From Actinomycetes bacterium (GTDB lineage Bacteria > Actinomycetota > Acidimicrobiia > IMCC26256 > PALSA-555): a stretch of DNA of 55,339 nt. The notes below the pieces were generated by a model. It was not told the DNA's origin and ran no database searches. It was given only the letters and a program-made list of their open reading frames with translations. The translations under genes were made by a program, and so were the position numbers. Each line of letters starts with the position of its first letter. The first letter of the stretch is position 1. This document shows, piece after piece, positions 50,914 through 55,339 of this stretch. The stretch spans positions 1-55,339 of the forward strand of contig JBAXBB010000002.1 in assembly GCA_037142235.1 (NCBI GenBank). Direction: 5' to 3'.

Positions 50914-52008
50914 ATGGCTGCGATCCAATTCCTCGATGACCCTCGTTCCTCGCGGCTCCGGATCGGTCTGGTGGCCCCGCCGTGGGTCACCGTCCCGCCA
51001 GTCGGCTACGGCGGCACCGAGCGCGTGATCGCGCTCCTCGCCGACGGCCTCGTGGCCCGGGGCCACGACGTCACCCTCTTCGCCGCCACCGGCTCCGACA
51101 CGGCCGCGACCCTCCGGTCGCCGCTGCAGTCGGCACCGCCGTTCATCAACTCGGGCCGCGACGACGAGACGTTCCACGCGCTCACCGCGTTCCTGGCGGC
51201 CGACGAGTTCGACATCGTTCATGACCACACCAACCTCGGCCCGGTGTTCGCCGCGGTCGCCGAGGGTGGACCGCCGGTGGTGCACACGCTCCACGGCCCC
51301 TGGACCCCGGGCGTGCGCCGCACCCTCGGCCTCATCGCGACGCGGGTCCACCTCGTCGCCATCAGCCACGCGCAGCGTGCCGCGAACCCCAACGTGCCCT
51401 ACGCGGGCATGGTCCACAACGGGGTGGACATCTCCACCCACCCGTTCTGTGCCGACAAGGAGGAGTTCCTCGTCTTCGTCGGTCGCATCAACGCGGAGAA
51501 GGGCCCCGAGACCGCCATCGACGTCGCCCACGCGGCGGGCCTGCCGCTCACGATGATCGTGAAGCGCTCCGAGCCCGAGGAGTGGGAGTACTGGAACCAC
51601 GTCGTCGTACCCCGCCTCGACGACGACATCACCGTGATCGAGCAGCCGCCGCACGCCGTCAAGGTCGATCTGGTGGGCCGGGCCAAGGCCGCCCTCTGCC
51701 CGATCAACTGGCCCGAGCCGTTCGGCCTGGTGCTCGCCGAGGCTCTGGCCTGCGGCACGCCGGTCATCACCCGGCCCCTGGGCGCCGCGCCCGAGATCGT
51801 GGTCGACGGGGTCAACGGGTTCCTGTGCGAGAGCAACCGCGAGATGGTGGACGCGGTCCACCACGCCGGCGACATCTCGCCCCAGGCGTGTCGCGACCAT
51901 GCGGCTGCGCTCTTCTCGGCCGACGCGATGGTGAGCGGCTACGAGCGGATCTACGACCAGGTGCTCGCGGGCACGCGCACCCGGAAGCTGTTCGCTACGG
52001 GTCGCTGA
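50914..52008 (+). CDS. family-4 glycosyltransferase
   Basis: ATG 50914 is preceded by AGGAGA. The protein has PPVGYGGTERV and the EX7E region EPFGLVLAEALACGTPVI. Confidence 0.85.
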   Translation: MAAIQFLDDPRSSRLRIGLVAPPWVTVPPVGYGGTERVIALLADGLVARGHDVTLFAATGSDTAATLRSPLQSAPPFINSGRDDETFHALTAFLAADEFDIVHDHTNLGPVFAAVAEGGPPVVHTLHGPWTPGVRRTLGLIATRVHLVAISHAQRAANPNVPYAGMVHNGVDISTHPFCADKEEFLVFVGRINAEKGPETAIDVAHAAGLPLTMIVKRSEPEEWEYWNHVVVPRLDDDITVIEQPPHAVKVDLVGRAKAALCPINWPEPFGLVLAEALACGTPVITRPLGAAPEIVVDGVNGFLCESNREMVDAVHHAGDISPQACRDHAAALFSADAMVSGYERIYDQVLAGTRTRKLFATGR

Positions 52009-54139
52009 TCGGAGCGCGCGCAGCGTGCTCCACCCGGAGATCGCCGGTGCCGGTCACCTCCACCGCACCGTGGTCCACCGAGACGGTGACCGACTTGCCA
52101 TCCATCGTGATGGCGCGTGCCTCGAGCCGGGTCATCCACGAGGGCAGCGCGGGGGCGATCTGCACCGTGCCGTTGGGAATCCAGGGCTCGAGGCGCAGCA
52201 GGGTTCGTAGCCACTGCATCGGCGACGCCGAAGCCCAGGCCTGGGGCGAGCACGACGTGGGGTAGCTCGCGGGCGTGGCCGGGCGACCCCGCTCGAAGCC
52301 CGCGAACAACTCCGGCAGACGTCCGTCGTAGGCGCCGGCCACGTCGAGCTGGGCCCGGATCACCCGGTGGGCCTCGTCGACGAATCCGTAGCGCATGAGT
52401 CCGGCCGCGATCAAGGCGTTGTCATGCGGCCACACCGAGCCGTTGTGGTAGCTCACCGGGTTGAACGCGGTCATCGACGTGGCGAGCGTGCGGACACCCC
52501 AGCCCGAGAACATCTCGGGGGACATCAGGTGCTCCACCACCCGCGGCGCCTTCTCCGGATCGATGATCCCGGTCCACAGACAGTGGCCCAGGTTCGACGC
52601 GAGCGCGTCGATCGGCTGCTTGTCGGCGTCGAGGCCGAGGGCGTACCAGCCGTGCTCGTCGAGCCAGAAGTCCTCGTTGAAGCCGGCGTACAGCGACGCA
52701 GCCTTCGCGCGGTAACGCTCGTAGGTCGGGGTGTCTTGCTGCTCCTGGGCGAAGTGCATCCGGGCGATGTAGGCGGAGTACACGTAGCCCTGCACCTCGC
52801 AGAGCGCGATCGGCGAAGCGGGGAACCGGCCGTCGAGGAAGCGGACGCCGTCCCACGAGTCCTTCCAGCCCTGGTTCGCGAGGCCGCGATCGGTGTGCCG
52901 CGCGTACTCCACGTAGCCGTCGCCGTCGCGATCGCCGAAGTCCTCGATCCAGGCGAGCGCGCGATCGGCGTGCGGAAGGAGCCGGTCGACGGTCTCGTCG
53001 GCGAGGCCCCAACGGCGCAGCTCGCCGAGCAGCATCACGAAGAGCGGCGTCGCGTCGATCGAGCCGTAATACACTTGGCCCGACGAGAGCGCCGGCCGAG
53101 CGGCGGCGCCGAAGCGCATCTCGTGGAGGATCTTGCCCGGCTCCTCCTCGGTCTCGGGGTTCACGTCGTCGCCCTGGAAGCGGGCGAGCGTCTCGAGCAC
53201 GCCCTCGGCGAGGCGCGGATCCGCGATGAGGCTCATGAACGCCGTGATGAGGGAATCGCGCCCGAACACCGTCATGAACCACGGCGCACCGGCGGCCACG
53301 ATCGGCACGTCGGGATGGTCGGGATCGAAGATGCGCAGTGCGCCGAGGTCCTCCCCCGCCTGGTGGAGCGCGTGGTCGAAGTCGCGGTCGTCGGAGGCGA
53401 CCACCGGGAGCGTCGCCCGCCACGACGCCAGGCGGCGAGCCGGGAGCGCGTCGGTCTCGGGCGCACCGCAGCCGAACCATGGCGGCAGCGCCTCCCCCGC
53501 GACCGCGGTGGTGACCTGGAAGCAGCCCTGCCACGTCTCGCTCGGCGCGAGCGTCATGGCGCGCACGAACGAACTGCCCTGGAGCTCGAAGTCGTCGCCG
53601 ACGTCGATGGCCACGGTCCGCTCCACCGGGCTCGACGCATCGCGGAAGAAGAGTCCGCCCGTGCGCACGGTGCACGTGATGCCCTCGCGCGGGATCTCGC
53701 GGTGCTCCTTCACCTCGAACAGGTCGGCGAAGTCGACGTCGGCCGTGAGCTCGATCACCACGTCGACCGGCTCGCTGCCGTAGTTGGTGGCGGTGAGCAG
53801 GTCGCGCATGCCCTGGCCGATGTTGCGTTCACGGAATACGACGACATCGGAGTCGGCCTTGCCCATCGACGGGTGGACGCGGCCCACGAACGTCGCGCTG
53901 AACGGCGAAGGCAGGTCGACGGTGAGGGGCTCGATGCGGTAGCCGTTGACCCGCAGCTGCCAGCACGAGAGCACGCGGGTGTCGAGCACGAACAGGCCGT
54001 GGGGCAGGTCGGGGTCGAGGTCGCCGGTACGGCCGGAGAGGCAGAAGGTCTGACCCTCCACAAGGGTGACGGCGCCATCGGTGTGGGCCAGCGAGGTGAT
54101 GGCGGTCGTGCCTTCGTACGGAGAGCGTGAGTCAGGCAC
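51995..54139 (-). CDS. amylo-alpha-1,6-glucosidase / glycogen-debranching-enzyme-like protein
   Basis: Shows GDE N-terminal (…LVEGQTFCLSGRTGD…) and (alpha/alpha)6 C-terminal patterns (…GYVYSAY…, …SYHNGSVWPHDN…). The start is uncertain: GTG 54139, or upstream candidates up to 54295. The 3' end overlaps the GT4 gene by 14 nt. Confidence 0.75.
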   Translation of the reverse strand: MPDSRSPYEGTTAITSLAHTDGAVTLVEGQTFCLSGRTGDLDPDLPHGLFVLDTRVLSCWQLRVNGYRIEPLTVDLPSPFSATFVGRVHPSMGKADSDVVVFRERNIGQGMRDLLTATNYGSEPVDVVIELTADVDFADLFEVKEHREIPREGITCTVRTGGLFFRDASSPVERTVAIDVGDDFELQGSSFVRAMTLAPSETWQGCFQVTTAVAGEALPPWFGCGAPETDALPARRLASWRATLPVVASDDRDFDHALHQAGEDLGALRIFDPDHPDVPIVAAGAPWFMTVFGRDSLITAFMSLIADPRLAEGVLETLARFQGDDVNPETEEEPGKILHEMRFGAAARPALSSGQVYYGSIDATPLFVMLLGELRRWGLADETVDRLLPHADRALAWIEDFGDRDGDGYVEYARHTDRGLANQGWKDSWDGVRFLDGRFPASPIALCEVQGYVYSAYIARMHFAQEQQDTPTYERYRAKAASLYAGFNEDFWLDEHGWYALGLDADKQPIDALASNLGHCLWTGIIDPEKAPRVVEHLMSPEMFSGWGVRTLATSMTAFNPVSYHNGSVWPHDNALIAAGLMRYGFVDEAHRVIRAQLDVAGAYDGRLPELFAGFERGRPATPASYPTSCSPQAWASASPMQWLRTLLRLEPWIPNGTVQIAPALPSWMTRLEARAITMDGKSVTVSVDHGAVEVTGTGDLRVEHAARAPISDP

Positions 54140-54327
54140 GCGCCCGAGGCTACGACGTGTGACCGGCAGTCCGTTCTCGCACCCCACCCTCGCCGGATCG
54201 GCCGGGCCGCCCACACGCGCCTCACCCCCGTGGCCCTCGTCCCCCTCGAGGAGGCGCCGGAACCGAGCACGCCCCGCACGAGCACGAGGGGCCATCCACC
54301 GAACCGTCCGCCGGCGATCCGGGTGGG

Positions 54328-55339
54328 TCAGCCGGTGAAGATCGGTTCGCAGTCGGTGAGGGTGACCGGGGTGCCGGCCGATTGGCCCGACACCGCCGTC
54401 GCCGAGAGGGTGTGCTCACCGCCCGGGACGGAACACGGCACGGTGAACGTGGCGATGAACGTGCCGTCGCTCGCCACGGTGACGGATCCGAGCGTGGTGG
54501 GCGTCGACGCGATCGAGACGGTGAGCGTGCTCGCGGCTGCGAACTGCGAACCGGTCACGGTCACGGTCCGACCATCGACCCCGATCGTGCCCCCGACCAC
54601 GACACACGGCGTGAACGCCACCCAGAACGGGCTGGCGCCGCCGGCGATGGGGTCACCGACCACCGTGCCCGAAGCCACGTCGATCACCCACACCGAGTTG
54701 TCGCCGGAGTTGGCGACGTAGGCCTTGGTCCCATCGGGTGTGAACGCCACTCGAACCGGAGTAGTCCCGACGGTGATGTCACGGACCGCCGTTCCCGAAG
54801 CCACGTCGATCACCGACACCGAGTTCCCGACCTTGTTGGTGACGTAGGCCTGGGAGCCATCCGACGTGACCGCCACCCCGATCGGGGTGTTGCCGACGCC
54901 GATGGGGTCTCCGACCACCGTGCTCGACGCCACGTCGATCACCGACACCGAGTTGCCGCCCTTGTTGGTGACGTAGGCCCGGGAGCCATCCGGCGTGAAC
55001 GCCACCCCCACCGGGGTGTCACCGACGGCGATGGCACCGACCACCGCGCCCGAAGCCACGTCGATCACCGACACCGAACCGTCGGTCTTGTTGGCGACGT
55101 AGGCCTGGGTGCCATCCGGCGTGACCGACACCCCGACCGGGAGGTTCCCCACGGCGATGGGATCACCGACCACCGTGCCCGAAGCCACCCCGATCACCGA
55201 CACCGAGTTGTCGCCGGAATTGGCGACGTAGGCCTTGGTGCCATCGGGCGTCACCGCCACCCCGTAGGGGCCGGTGCCCACGGTGATGTCAGCGACCACC
55301 GTGGCCGACGCCACGTCGATCACCGACACCGAGTTGCCG
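54328..55339 (-). CDS. YVTN-family beta-propeller repeat protein with C-terminal Ig-like domain (5' end outside the window)
   Basis: At least six repeats of 42-43 aa (…P.GVA.TPDG..AYV.N.G.NSVSVIDVAS.TVV…). The reading frame is open to the window edge. The track M at 55329 is a GTG inside a repeat. Confidence 0.8.
   Translation of the reverse strand, partial: GNSVSVIDVASATVVADITVGTGPYGVAVTPDGTKAYVANSGDNSVSVIGVASGTVVGDPIAVGNLPVGVSVTPDGTQAYVANKTDGSVSVIDVASGAVVGAIAVGDTPVGVAFTPDGSRAYVTNKGGNSVSVIDVASSTVVGDPIGVGNTPIGVAVTSDGSQAYVTNKVGNSVSVIDVASGTAVRDITVGTTPVRVAFTPDGTKAYVANSGDNSVWVIDVASGTVVGDPIAGGASPFWVAFTPCVVVGGTIGVDGRTVTVTGSQFAAASTLTVSIASTPTTLGSVTVASDGTFIATFTVPCSVPGGEHTLSATAVSGQSAGTPVTLTDCEPIFTG
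54671..55339. repeat. 126-129-bp tandem coding repeats (beta-propeller blades)
   Basis: The gccac[gc]tcgatcacc anchor recurs at 54674, 54800, 54929, 55055, 55184 and 55310. Confidence 0.9.

Noticed and set aside
51995-52008. A 14-nt overlap of the 3' ends of the convergent GT4 and debranching-enzyme genes.
   Set aside because: This is common in compact GC-rich genomes. I saw no hairpin or other structure in the overlap.
1-55339. tRNA, rRNA, riboswitch, prophage, integrase, transposase, toxin-antitoxin or known defence-system genes.
   Set aside because: Intergenic gaps are mostly under 150 bp, and none shows cloverleaf or conserved riboswitch-like structure. The only nucleic-acid-acting protein recognised is the DUF222-HNH gene, so I make no positive call.

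Overview
This 55.3-kb window is very GC-rich and looks like an Actinomycetota-type chromosomal segment. Hand counts on sampled 60-nt lines give 70-78% GC for most of the window. I call 46 complete CDS, 1 CDS truncated by the window edge and 3 gene fragments. I found no rRNA, tRNA, CRISPR array, transposase or integrase.

Most long ORFs in the six-frame track are Arg/Pro/Gly-rich antisense or out-of-frame artefacts of the high GC content. Real genes were picked by recognisable catalytic motifs, by RBS plus start codon, and by 4-nt ATGA/GTGA stop-start overlaps. These overlaps occur at 6410, 8051, 11266, 12537, 23008, 23892, 33511, 40294, 44977, 48366 and 49652.

The content is an unusually dense set of oxidative and CoA-dependent catabolic enzymes:
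- 2 Baeyer-Villiger monooxygenases, 2 cytochrome P450s, 2 Rieske oxygenases (one KshA-like), a TauD-type dioxygenase, a Tat-exported DyP peroxidase and a ferritin-like diiron protein.
- 3 ACAD-fold proteins (one alpha/beta-type pair), 2 aldehyde dehydrogenases, 5 SDRs and 3 amidohydrolases.
- A fused double family-III CoA-transferase, an SCP-x thiolase with a DUF35 partner, 2 hotdog thioesterases and a sulfotransferase.

I recognise no transcription factor, permease or ATPase.

Main items worth a second look:
1. A translationally coupled trio at 32.3-35.5 kb: an ACAD-fold flavoenzyme, a leaderless PhnD-fold protein, and a TusA-like/diiron fusion. This is my best candidate for an undescribed oxygenase module.
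2. A recombination scar at 31.8-32.3 kb. It holds a 5' fragment of an acyl-CoA synthetase gene and a 100-bp, 98%-identical copy of the RBS and 5' end of the SDR gene at 35.6 kb.
3. A four-gene operon (HAPMO-like BVMO, unknown protein, sulfotransferase, thioesterase) at 10.6-15.7 kb.
4. A lower-GC island at about 46.0-50.9 kb carrying the SDR / FAD-oxidoreductase / DUF1365 / CFA-synthase cluster. A Coq4-like HDxxH protein coupled to a secreted SGNH lipase lies next to it.
5. Several perfect tandem repeats: 29 bp across a stop codon at 20.3 kb, and 11-bp and 15-bp arrays at the 3' end of a DUF222-HNH gene at 28.2 kb.
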